From contig JYFJ02004132.1 in NCBI GenBank assembly GCA_000934665.2, forward strand, positions 1-34,700: 34,700 nucleotides of DNA. Reading direction: 5' to 3'. The position numbers and the translations under genes were made by a program. Within the stretch, counting starts at the first letter, position 1; each line of letters starts with the position of its first letter. Positions 11,389 through 23,904 of this stretch are shown here, in pieces. A model generated the notes under the pieces. It was not told where the DNA came from, made no database searches, and saw nothing but the letters and a program-made list of their open reading frames with translations. The DNA comes from Catajapyx aquilonaris. Its lineage: Eukaryota.

Positions 11389-12108
11389 GTCTGCTGAAGA
11401 AGCCACCTCGTCCACGCAAGTTCCGGAAACTACGGATGATGTCTTGGGAAATCGCATTCCCCCTCCCTCCCCCTCCTCCTTCCCCTACTACCATGTTGAA
11501 TGATCGAAATAAGCGTGATCGACTTCGGTTAGCCCTAAGTCGGAGCCTGAGTGAACCTGGAGAGGACATGATTGTGACATCCCCAACAATGGCGACAGCT
11601 CCTTCTTCGGGGCTTATGACGCCCGTTGTGGGTCAGGGTTCAGTCCCTCACAAGAAGTTCCGCGTGGAAGCTGTGAGCCTTCCAGCCAGCCCTTGCTCGG
11701 AGAGTTCAACTCTTCAGCGTGCCCTCACCCTCAAGAGAGTGCGCAGCATAGGACCGGAGATGCTGGCCAAGAAGCTCCGGAGAAGCGGACTGAAGCAAAA
11801 TAATCCCGGATTCCTGCTGGTGGATTGTCGCACCTTTATTGCCTACAATATGAACCATATCAGGGGTGCCATTAATGTCAACTGTTCCGATCGGTTTAAC
11901 CGCAAGAGACTGCAGCAGGGGAAGGCTTCGTTGTCGGACCTGGCTACCACCAAGGAGGGCAAGGACATGCTGAAGAAGAGATGCTACAAGGAAGTCATCG
12001 TGTACGATGACAATACGTTAGACTTGGAGAGACTGCCGCTCAGCCATCCTCTTTACCTGGTCCTCAGTACCCTCACTGAAGACAACCGGGAACCATTCTT
12101 CCTCTTAG
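11389..12108 (+). CDS. DUSP10: DUSP10/MKP5-like exon 2: Pro/Ser-rich N-terminus plus most of the rhodanese (Cdc25-homology) MAPK-binding domain
   Basis: Acceptor TCTGCAG|GT at 11388/11389 and donor TTAG|GTAAGT at 12108/12109. The translation contains LVDCRTFIAYNMNHIRGAINVNCSDRFNRKRLQQGK...EGKD...KEVIVYDDNT...HPLYLVL...EP. This closely parallels vertebrate DUSP10 as I recall it (IIDCRPFMEYNKSHIQGAVHINCADKISRRRLQQGK...EGKD...KEIIVYDENT). Confidence 0.93.
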
Positions 12109-15100
12109 GTAAGTTACATGTCCTTATTCTGTTGTAATTACTGACTCAGTACCATGTAACCTGCAAGTCATTCTAGTGTAGGCTACACCTGAATCGCTAG
12201 TATCCGTTCTTTATTTATACACCTTGTATCGACCGATAGGCACGTTCACCTGAACGCATTAATGGCACGGACCTCATAAAAATTCTAACACGCAGGTAGG
12301 AAACGGTTCGATATTTTCTACCCAGTGAAGGACCGAAGTAGCGAGCATTCCACAAAAATGACGAAAGCTTTCAGGCATTCCCCCCTCCCGGACATATTTG
12401 GTACTGTCATGAATGTAAATCTGAGCATTATGATTCACTTTCGTTGAGAAACCAAGATTCCTTGAACCCCACATGTTTGGCAAGAATGTTACCCGCGGGA
12501 TGGGGTGCACGTGGAAGGAAAGGATTCAATGGCCGGTTATCTTCGGAGAAAATGATGACCCTCGCCGTCTGCTCCCTTAAGTCTCAAGGATAATGTCTCG
12601 TCACCTGAGACGCGCCCGTAACCATTATCTCTAGTCTGAGGCTGCTGTGCGAGTATCATGTTCATATCACTGACTAAGAATTTTTTTAGTATGGATTTGC
12701 ATATGCCGTTTGTTCATTATTCAAGAATTTTTGTTAAACTTTTTTGAGAAAATTCAAACTGGTTAGACTGGCCCGACAACTTGCTGAGGAAATGAACGCA
12801 TCAGCGTGACATGCATCAACTTTTCCAACACAAACAATGCATAACATGAGTGAGCAGCGAACAATAAACTCGATTTAAGATATAAGTGCAATTGCGGGAT
12901 TTCGACTTAGCTAATGAATAACTTGCACTTTCTATAGATAAGGCTGCATCTGCAACATACCTGTACCGACGGTTGCATAGTTTCATGGATACCTGAAGGT
13001 CAAATGCAATCGGTGACCTCAGACTTTGCCACTGTTCTTTTGGCACACCCTGTACACGCCCGTTCTGGATTCTTCCAACCCAATTTGTTTCGCAATATAA
13101 TGTTAGCATGCATACGTGATTCACACACGCGAACACTTCGCGTAATATCCGGAAATGTCCTAATCATTTGTTGAAGCAAAGAATAGAACAGGAAACAAAA
13201 AAATTGTCCCCATTGATGAAAAGAACCAGCATTAACGTCAAACATCAGAAGACTCATGAACGACAAGCCGGAACAGATCAAACAGTAATCTTCAAACATG
13301 AGTGACGTCCGAATATTTTTCCGGGTGGTCATCCGAATTTTTTTGTGCCCTCCATATACACTTATATCCTTAGTTAATATTGACATTTCTTGCCGGAGGT
13401 TCAGGGTCTTTTGCACACGCTCGACTCTCTGTGTGGCATGTTGTCAATTGAACATGGTTAACCCTTTTACTCAGTCAGTTGCGAGGATTCGAGTGACGTC
13501 AGTGCAATTTTTAAAAGGCGGCGCGTTTTTTTTTTTTTTACTTTCCTAATTTTATTTTTTTATTTTTCGGAGCCAATTTGCATCCGTCCCAAAACACCCT
13601 ACACTTGGCATGGAAAATTACTAGAGAGGGGGTCACGCCTTGCTTCCTGGCAACGAATGGGTGACTAAGCAGTTGCACGTTACAATCCTTCTCATGTGAA
13701 GCTAAATGGCACACGGACACTTTAGTCCTGGCAGATAAAGACCACTAGTAGAGGCGGCCTGGCATACGTCAGTGATATTTTTCAGCCTTGCTAAGGACGA
13801 TGCCGAGAATGTACCAACCAGCTGGTGCTTACATCACCGTAGACATTTTACATGCACGTTTTTTGTGCGTAAATATGCGCAGTAACAGGGAAGTCAAAGC
13901 AGTTATCGCAAAAAAATACGTATCATGGAAAAGGCTTATGTATAGTAAACAGTCGTGACACTCGCCAGTTAATGTAAAGAATTCCGAGTGGCGTAAAACT
14001 AGGCTCTAGATCAAGCTTCTGAATTATAAGCTAATTCTTGGGGACGTTCCAATATGTTTTTTGAAAGGTTCAGAATGCCGGATCGGTATGCATGTCACTT
14101 CAGTGGATTTCACTTTAATATAGAATGTAGCGGATACAATTTCAGAATACTACAGTCAATATGCTATACCGCTATACACATACCGAGTAGGCATATAAAT
14201 TCCTTCAGTTTTCAAATGGAATCCATATGCAAATTCGGGATTGGAGGGTAATGATGCAGCATAATAATGAGCCCATGTTCCCAAGCCCTTACATGCCTCT
14301 CAAGAAAGTAGCTCCCATTATCATGAGGAAACCCAACTGGGTAACATATCAATTCGTCCTTCTTGTGGTTGCCCAGGTCGAAGTAAAAGCAGGAAGTCGA
14401 TTGCAAATACAGGAAACGAGCAAACGTTTTCTCCAGCGTGCGAATTTCCTCTCGTGGGCCGCCCTATTGGACGTATTCCTGCACACGTGGACAAATTTGG
14501 GCATGGACAAACCACAGTCGCCCCTGACCTCAACTAAACCAGGGGTTGAAGACCAGTCCCCTGGGCTGCACGATGCCTTTGCGATCTTATCTGGCTGACA
14601 GTGGTACCCTCGCGTGACGTCACCAAAAAATCTCAGCACAGATTGATATACATGCCGGGGAATGCGAAAAAGAAAAGAAAAAAAAAAGTTGTAAGGACTC
14701 CTACAAGGCTGCAGTTGCCATGTTTGGAAGATTCAACCTTGGTTTAGGAAGTGATCGCGAATGACGCGATTAGTCCGACGTTCGCCAATATATTCTTGTG
14801 CAGTATTCCAAAACTTCCGCTTAATGATGCCAATATGTTCACTATGAGATCAGTATGATTATATGACGCCATTTTGACCCTACAACCGAGATTTGGACCG
14901 CATATAAAGATTCCACTTGAGTGTCCCTCTTCTTTGGGGGTATTAAATCGACGCAATTCGGTTCTTCTCTGAACCAGCAGACAAAGAAATGGTTGGTTGT
15001 AAAGGAACCCTGATGGATAACGGTCCCTTTTGCCTCAACTCAACAGAATGGTCCTGGGAGAGAGGAAAGAGGGAGAGGGGTGGTGGTGAAGGAGGAGCAG

Positions 15101-18100
15101 ATGGAATTCCAGGGTGGGGAACCTGGTTGTAAACTCAAGACTCTTCGGAAGACAAGGGCCTGTTGGACCGGACCAGACGCTAGTAGATGACCTTCTGGGC
15201 CGACCTACACAAGGCTGCCCACTTTGGTTTACTAGCGAGATATTTTGCTGGTGCACGTACAGTACAGCAATTGCACCGTGCTGTAACCCTGATTCCATCG
15301 CGTGTATATGGAAAAACAATGCAAGGATGACTCATACGCGGACAATCTTATGTGCCAAGACCTTGTTTTCGTAGGCTGTGCCCCTAGGTTTCTGAGAAAA
15401 TATGCCAGGATTCGAGTGAAAATGAGAGTGCAGTCGGGTCAGTGACATTCCTGGTTGTCGCGTCTATGTACGGCTTGGCAGGACATGTTCCCTTCTTTTT
15501 TCGAAATACGTGTAGGAGCTTAGGGTTGGTCTGAGTGGGATTTGTTGTTGACCTAATGAGTCGCCGCGAGTAAACAACAACACTCACCAGTCGACTAGTC
15601 GAGACAGATTTTGCCATTACGAAATGCTGGGATGGTCCGACACAAACCGGTACGTTCGGGGGTAAATTGGTATTAATCCTACTGCTATTTTTATAGAGCC
15701 GGCTCGTTAGTCATGGCTATTATTTCGTACGATGCTTTTGAGCCGCGGTCGATTCTTCGAAAATAAGTCCCGCTATGGAATTAGTATCCTAACTTATAGA
15801 CACGCGGACAATCCACCTGTGAGTCATGGAATTCCCCCCCCCCCTCCTAACCTTCGAGGTCTCTTGACGTCGTTGAACTGCACAAAAAAGGACGCAGGCG
15901 CTGAGACGCATTGGTGTACTGTATACATGTGACGTACTTCTGGAAGGATTTCCCAAATGCGGTCGCGTTGCTGTCACTCAACGCAATTTTATGAGCATAA
16001 AAGACGCAATGTCACAACTCTCGTGGAACTTGACGCTCTCATTGACAAAAATATGACACATATGCTTAAATGGAATGATCTCACCACAGTATTTGATGAA
16101 TGGACCAGTGTTCTTCGAAATCCAACAAACTGTTTGCACAAATGCTGGAAGGCAGATCGATCCAAGTCCAATAACGACTTACTTCCCTCCCCAATCTGTT
16201 AGCTTCTCGGGCAAACATTTTCCACCCCGGATGAAAAGTTTGCAAATGTTTTTAGTAATCAGTGCCTTTTTCTCCCTATTTGCCCTGTTGGCGGGAAAAT
16301 GTTGCCACTTGGGAGCCAATCCCTCCCTCCTCCCCATCCCCTCTTTTTCGTCCATCCATCCCTTTTATTTCCCCCATCATATCCCTGATTCATGCCTGGT
16401 CCCCTAACTGGGTGATTCAAAGGTCCCACCCACCCCCCCCCACCCTCTCCATCCCTCTTTTTACTAAGCCCACAAACGCGCATAAAATAATTGCGCCCCA
16501 TTGGGCTAATTAGAATGCAATGAGTTGTCACTTCATTACGTCACACCTATATACTCCAGCGTGGATCTAATCACCAGGTTGTCAGGGGAATAAGTTAATT
16601 GACCATGTCATAGTGTTCGGGTAGGGTATGGGGGGGTGGCGAGCAATTTAAGTGGTTACAGGACATCCTCCGGGGATTTTTTGGGGACACCCTTCATGTG
16701 CGGGTGGGGAGACGGGGTCTTCCGTAAATTTTAATTAAGCCGTCCAGGATCTTCATCGAGGGGCAGTTACAAGAGTTTTGCGAGTCCTGAGGGAGTCGTG
16801 GGTTACTGGAGATGTGATTCAATGGGTCGTGTAATGAAGCGCTCGACTGAGCCAGCCAATCGGGAGAGGATTTACTGGTTTGTTGCCGACACCTGTAGCT
16901 TGGTTTGCATAAGCCACAGGATGAGAGTTTGCATCGTTGGTATGTGCTATGATCGAGGACTTTTAAATTCCAGAACATTTGGGGCTATTGTGTAATTACT
17001 ATCGGGAGGGATTAGATATCCGTACCTATAAGGCGCAGAATATCGCTGATAGAACTGTTCATATCATATCACTCGTAATTCATGCGTTATACAGCAGTAT
17101 GACTATCGTTGTTTGCTTCAAGTTGATGAATTATCGTCGCGCCTCATGCCGCGATGTATTGGAATAATCTTGCTCATTTCCTGCAAAAGCATCAGAACTG
17201 ATAGGTGAGTCAAAGAAGAAAAAAAATCCTCACTGTTGATAAATCATAATCAGAAGAAGCCAAGGGAAACCACACTGACATGTCCTCGGCTCAAAACAAT
17301 CCCGGTCGGTTAAAAACAACTGCGGAAACGTTTTTGGCCGCAGCTTTGAAATGTAAATAGTGTCGCACGGTGGCATGCTACAAACAGAAATGGCGGGATT
17401 GACAGGCATGTGTGTCCCTTTATACACCGATTGTCGCCTGAGTGAGTCAAGCTTATTTCCTGGGCTACCAAACGGATGTCCCTTTCCGCTTCCTCTTTTC
17501 CACGTTGGCCAAAGGCCCCTCTCCCAGCAGCACAGATGCGTTTCGGTTACGTAAACTTGGGGGACCATTCAGCTCTGTCCGACCCATGAATGGAGGTATG
17601 GCTCGGTATAGAACATGTTTCCTAACGTAAAGTGGCCTTGACGCAAAATGTTACATGGGATGGGGAGAATTCGTGGCCACGCCTATATGCTCTTCGTCTG
17701 TGCTGACCCATCCAATCGCCACTCACTATCGTATCCCCTGTCACATTCGAGGACGAACAACACGAACAGTCGAACGTATACTGTACGTGAGAGTTGTAGT
17801 GTGAGTACGGTGATCAAATATTACTACGGTACATACAATTAATCGTTGGGAAACAGAGGATAACCCCGTCGTATATGACCTGTAGTAGGTTATACTTCGT
17901 GCACCGAGAGCATTGTATTCCTATCACAACGCAAATACTCTGAAAATGGAGCTTCCGTCTCCTCCCATATAATAACCTATGGTAAAGCACGGTAGGTTCT
18001 CGTGTGTTCACGCACGTCGGTTTTTTTTCCATTCTGGAGGATGAGCCAAAATAAAGTATGACTTATCTCCAAGGTCGGAAATGTATTTTGCCATGACCGT

Positions 18101-18179
18101 CCATAATGAAGGTTCCGGATGAGATGCTCCGAGTTGACGTAGTCCCTAATTGGTGGACCTTATTTTCTTCCGATTATAG

Positions 18180-18542
18180 GTGGCCATAAAGAATTTTACC
18201 GTCAACATCGCGACCTCTGCGAGGACACCCTGATGTCCTCCCCTCGCTTAGGAATCAACACGAACCTGTCGTGTCCAGCCATGGACATTCCACAAATGGT
18301 GCCTATGGACATCGAGAGTCATCCAGCATCCCGAGTGCTCCCCTTCCTCTACGTGGGCAACGAAAGAGACGCATCGGACCTACAACAGCTGAAAGGTCTT
18401 GGCATCGGAAGTGTCCTGAACGTGACTGCGCACCTCCCGGGCTTCCATCAGAAGCATGGTATTCGTTACAAGCAGCTGCCGGCCGCCGACAATGGTCACC
18501 AGAACCTCAAGCAGTATTTCGAGGAAGCATTTGAATTCATTG
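18180..18542 (+). CDS. DUSP10: DUSP10/MKP5-like exon 3: end of the rhodanese domain and N-terminal half of the DSP catalytic domain
   Basis: Acceptor TTTTCTTCCGATTATAG|G at 18179/18180 restores LLG-GHKEFYRQHRDLCE. It continues with DIESHPASRVLPFLYVGNERDA...VLNVTAHLP...YKQLPAAD (general-acid Asp) NGHQNLKQYFEEAFEFI. Donor ATTG|GTGAGT at 18542/18543; 363 nt, phase 1/1. Confidence 0.95.
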
Positions 18543-21500
18543 GTGAGTCTCCTCTTGATATTAGGGTGTTACAACAATGGCTGTCACTCTCTTTACAAAT
18601 GAAATTTTTGGATGGCCCATGTTGGAACACCCTGTCTCTATACAACATGTATTACATTCAGTAACCGGTTTAATCCAGAATGATGACATCATAAACAGTT
18701 CGCTCTATGTGTGTGCTAATACGTGCATCGATGGTGGTGGGCAGGTTAGGGGAGGCATCTGCGATCGTGGTTATGAATATTCAGAAGCCCAGGCCACAAC
18801 CCCTCCAGCACCATACACACGCAGATCTCCCCCCCCCCCTCATATATTAAAAGGATATGGTCCCATTTTGTACTAAGTACAAAAGCAGGGCCTTCATTTC
18901 AGGCACGTACCCCTCCCCTCATGTTGGGTTGAGGGGCGCCTGCAAACTAGAGGAATTCATTAAACCGCGGTCATTGTTTTTTTAATCAACTAATTAACTG
19001 CATATCGACATTGGGGCCACATTGTTGCAAAACTAATCCATCAGTTTGATGTTGGGCCGGGCTCATCGTGTCTTGTTCCGGAAGGATTTTGCGGGCGAGC
19101 TCGGTTAATCACGAAAATCCGGAGTGCGTGAGGGACCAAATGGGGAGGACTTCCTTCACACCAGTGTCCCACAGCAGGCCAGTGTAGACTCACCCTGTTG
19201 TCTGGGATGGGGTAAATGACGCAAACCCCGGCTCTCCCGTGGGACTCCCCGAATTGTTGAATGCCGAGGGAGGGGTAGGGGGGAGGGCGAAATCTCTCCC
19301 TTGCCAGCCAATTACTTAATTCAATCCAGGCGATATCTTGTGGAGAGGGCGCACAAAGGAAACCGTATCAATTTGTGATCACCATAATTGGCTTTGGATT
19401 CAGGTTTCCCGGAGTGAGGGTGGGACAATTTGGGTTAGTTCGAGGATAAATGCTACCCATTTATCATGGCTGATTTATACAAATGGAGTCGAAATTTTTG
19501 CGATGAACTCACTTATTACGCATATTATCAGAACAAAGTGGCACGCAGACTGCATGGGGAAAGTAACACGCCTGGGTGTCTACACAAACCGCAGTCAGCA
19601 ATGATTCTCAGAAGAAACCCTGGGTGACTACAGGGAAAATTGACCATACGTACTTTCCGTCCTTCAGATAACGATAAGCAAAACGCTGTATAATATGTGA
19701 GGTGGCAGCCTGCAGCTGGTATGACTCATCACCAAAGCTGCACCATTTTTGTTGTCACTTACTGAGGGTTTCTGACGTCGAACGTACCCGATATAACTGT
19801 ATGTAAATATATACGAATTACATACCGGTATTGCAATAGTACTTACTGGTGTTTCGTCTGTAGATGAACGGAGCCACCTTCTGCTAAATATTCAGGTTCA
19901 TGTACCCGGATCTGTGTCTAGCCCGCTAGTCCAAACAGTTGACCATGGATACGCAATATTGTTGCGTACGGGGGGGCAACGCAGTTTTATCAAAAGAAGA
20001 CTCTATTGCGTGTCACACGGCCATTGGCCTTATCACGAAACCGAATGTAACCTCAGGGGTGTATTTAATTTTCTTCTCCCCTTTTTCACCTGTCTGTAAC
20101 TCTCCTTTTTGTGTTAGTTTTTTACTTTGGGGGAAAATCAGCCTCGCCATATGTTTCTTGATTCCGGACTAGACGATACGAGCGAGCAATCGAGTGATAA
20201 GCTTCGGTCGACATATGTCGTTTATATGGCCCACAGCTTAAGATCTCAGCAGGAGTTTAGACGACGCTGGTGACACACGTTTTAGCAACGTTTGTCGGTG
20301 GCGACAGGAAAGGGCTAATAAAGCCTCGTGTAATTTGAACCTTCAGTATTATAAAATAACGGTGGCAGCCTTTCCCCCTTGTACGACCCTTATGAATTAA
20401 CCATACCCGATATTCAATGCCCAAAAAACGGTAGGGGTGAAAAATGTGCAACGTACAGTACATGGAAAACGGCTCCCTTCTTGTTTTGAAAAGAGTGACC
20501 CCGAGTGGCATCTGGGTTCGACCTTGCCGAGGAACTCGATGCAAACATGACCGCCTTGCCTGCGGGGAGGTTAGTGGCCAAGGAGATAGGAAGGAATGTT
20601 CGGCCTCACTGCCTCTCGTATAGCAGCTTATTATCACCGGTTTTTTTTATTTTAAAAAAGGAAAATAGAAAACGTACACGTGCTCTGATTTGTATTGTGT
20701 TTCGAAAAAAAAAGGGTGTGCATAAAATAGCAGGAAGATAAACCCTTTCACCTGCCATTCACGCTCCGTTCTCGTTATGATGAATGCATAATTGACGATG
20801 TGTGCTGTGAGTCATGAAGTTGGCACACATTTTTACCGCGAATATTATCTACTCTTAAAAATTACTTTAAAAAAACACCAGGTATGATATTATGATATTA
20901 TGTCCTAAGTGAAGATGGGGTTATAACCGGATTTTCATATTGGCCAAACTTTTTTTAGTTATTTGTAACACCTGATCTGTACAACCTGAGAAAATAGTTA
21001 ACCATTTAAATCCCCAGCCATTTGCAATGTTAAATCGCCGCCAAATGTCATCCGGTTTGTGGTGCAAATACGCTAACGGCAAAGGATCAGCATTGGTGAG
21101 AAGCGAGGCCGCCTGAGTCAGCACTGGGGGAAGGCGGGGGAACATAGGGAGGAGAGGGGGGTTGAAAGCTGCCAGCTGCTGACTCACCTGCCCGCCGGTA
21201 AAGGTAGATCGAGTGGAGAAATGAGAAGGGGGGGAGGGAGGGAGGTTCAGATTGGCAAAACGTATGTCGGTTTCGAGCCTTTTGTTCTGTACACGTCTTT
21301 GTCACAAAGGGGAAGAAATTCCTTCAATAAATCGATTTCTGATCGTAACAAAAGGGACAGGTGTAATGAAAATTTTCGGCAGGTGTCTTATATGTTTTTT
21401 TTTTGCGTGTTGTTATGTTGGCCGGCCTTTTAAATCCGGAGGTTGTGAAAAGCAGGTGGCAGGAAAACGGTACTAACTCGGGTATGTTGTAAGCCCGCTT

Positions 21501-23904
21501 CAAAAAAAAACCTTGGATTCTTTTTTAAAACGCTGTCGTTACTATTACTTTTAAATTTAGAAAAGGGTGGGAGAAAGTTCAGGCCTTTTTGGTACACACA
21601 AACGATCCAATTTCGACCCAACCATTAAGGGTCAGCGCACCGTGAGTCACAATAAATCTGGACATTCTTCACGTGACGCAATTTCCAACCATCACACGTC
21701 CCACGCTGAATAAAAAAAAACACACAACTCATTCCTTACCTGGGAAAAAATAATGCCTGGAGCTAACTTGCCAAGAAAAATTCCCCTGTAGTTCATTACC
21801 TCATTGCTGATCTGTAAGCCCCATTCCGTGATCACCTCACGGCTGTACACTCAAAAATTCACCGAAACAGGTCACTCACTAACCTCCCGTGACGTAAAAA
21901 AAACTACGCAATTTTAGCTTTCAATCTTAAGTACTATGAGTCATTCAAGGGCGTCTTAGATACCCCCCCTCACTCACTCACCCCCTCTCAGTACCCTCCT
22001 TTATGTTGTAGGTACTTCATCCCCTTCCACTTTTCTGCGATGTATCGAAACTCGAGCTACGTCTTTTTAAAGGAATTCCCCTCTTAGACTTACCCTCTTT
22101 TGGGATGGGGGTCAGAACGTAAGGGAAGTTTTATAAGAGCTGTGAGTCACCTTTAGGGAGTCTGGGAAGATGAGAAGGGAGGCTTTTGCTTAGGGGAATG
22201 GTTATCTCGAGGTGAGGGTGGGGGCTGGAGAAAATGGGAGCACCTTTTTTTTTCTTCTTGCCAGGAAGTTGTAGGGGGAGAAGTCATCAGGGTTTTGGTT
22301 ACATATAGAAGGATGATTCAGTGATTCCTTCTCAACTGTGAAAAGCTAATTATCGAATATAGTCTGATTGAGGAAATGTTCTGGAAAACTGGCTTTATAG
22401 TTGGAGGGTTGCGGCATGTATTATTTGTGCCTCATTTTCCCGTTGGTAATTACAGTGTGTTGTAACTTACATTTTTTTTTTCCTCTCCGAATATATCCAG
22501 GTTTGATTCCCACCTGCTCAACCCAAGCTATTATAACAGTCAGTGGTCTGCAGTTATGCCCCGCCTGATTAGCCAGTCTAATCAAAAATGTCCAAACTAG
22601 CATGCAAGAAAGCGTGTGCCCATTACTTTGAAAGGCTTTGGGAACAATTTCTCTCATGTCGGGCATGAGACCTAGCTACCAAGTCTGCCGTTCACCTGGA
22701 AAGGGAGAGGTGGGAGAGGGAATGAAGGGGAAGGTAAAGGGGGGAGAGGCAAGGAGCGAAACGAAGATGACTCACACCGAAATTTTGCAAAGTTGGCCTC
22801 GGGACAAGAGGAGCATAAAATCACGAGTTCTGATCTCTACGCTTCTGCCTATCTGTTCGACCAACCGCTCTTCGAAATGTAAGAAAAGTCCTGACTAGAA
22901 AACCCACCTTATCCAGTTATTTAAACCACGACATTAGCTTCCGCGTTGTACCGCTTGTTTAGAAAGGGACCAACAACCTCTGGCAAGTAGATCTCAGTTG
23001 TCCTCCTTTTTCCCTCGACTCCATTCCAATCCGTGCACGTGTCTTCCATGGACGTGCACTTGTCATTTTAAATAAGGAACGAACAGCGCGACATTGAGAC
23101 TTCTTTATATTGCCGAATTTTTTTTTCAAGATAACCTTGGATTGCGCCACTTGCTCAAGGGAAACCCTCTGTATGATTCACCTACTGTTTTCATTAGGGA
23201 AATAGGAAAGGTGGTACACCTCCCCCCCCTTTCCTGCATGAGAAATTGGAACACATTGTTCCAACCCCACCACGGCTCATTTCACCTGCTTATTTTCTAC
23301 CCAAACAATGGCCAAACCTCAACCGATTTTTTTTTTAAACTAGAGAGTTGGAGGGGGGTAGGAAATGGAATGGGCACATCGTTGACAACGACTCGGGAAT
23401 CATAAAAAAAGGGATGTGACACGAGGGGAGACATATACTCTCAAGGGTGTGATTATGCTTCGTTATTAACCCCACTTCACTGATTCACCAACGCGGTTTC
23501 GTGGCAGAGAGCCAGAATAGCGACGAAGATGATGCAGTAGAGAAAAAAAAAGTTTTAAAAAACCACTCGAAAGATGCCGCTGGGGATTGGGGGCATCCCC
23601 GAGATTTTGCTAAATGGGGGATGACATACACAAACATTGCAAAAGAGTAATTCCCCTTCCATTTTTATGAAGATGTTCGCTTCCCACGAATTATATTTAT
23701 GTATTGCAACGCGTGAGATTAAAACGTGCAACAGCCTTCACCTAAGAAACTGGCACGTATGACGCACACATTACAGCAGGGTATATTGTGACCAGTACCG
23801 CAAATTTTATACATATGTTGTCATGGGCAGGTTCTGTCCTAAGTGTCATATAGTGCATGGCTATGACAAATGACTTCTAACCGCAAACTATTTGTCCTTC
23901 TCAG

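Larger units (their letters stand above)
8761..22774. promoter_or_regulatory. Gene-body-wide array of AP-1 (TRE) sites
   Basis: Exact TGA(C/G)TCA at 8761, 9380, 9510, 10232, 11142, 12142, 15328, 15820, 17206, 17443, 19722, 20808, 21114, 21180, 21643, 21937, 22143 and 22768 (manual scan). Confidence 0.7.

Noticed and set aside
12274..18032. Numerous 60-140 aa ORFs in intron 2 (and similar ones at 19338-23405 and 26113-33920)
   Set aside because: No recognisable domains, many non-ATG starts, overlapping on both strands; consistent with chance ORFs.
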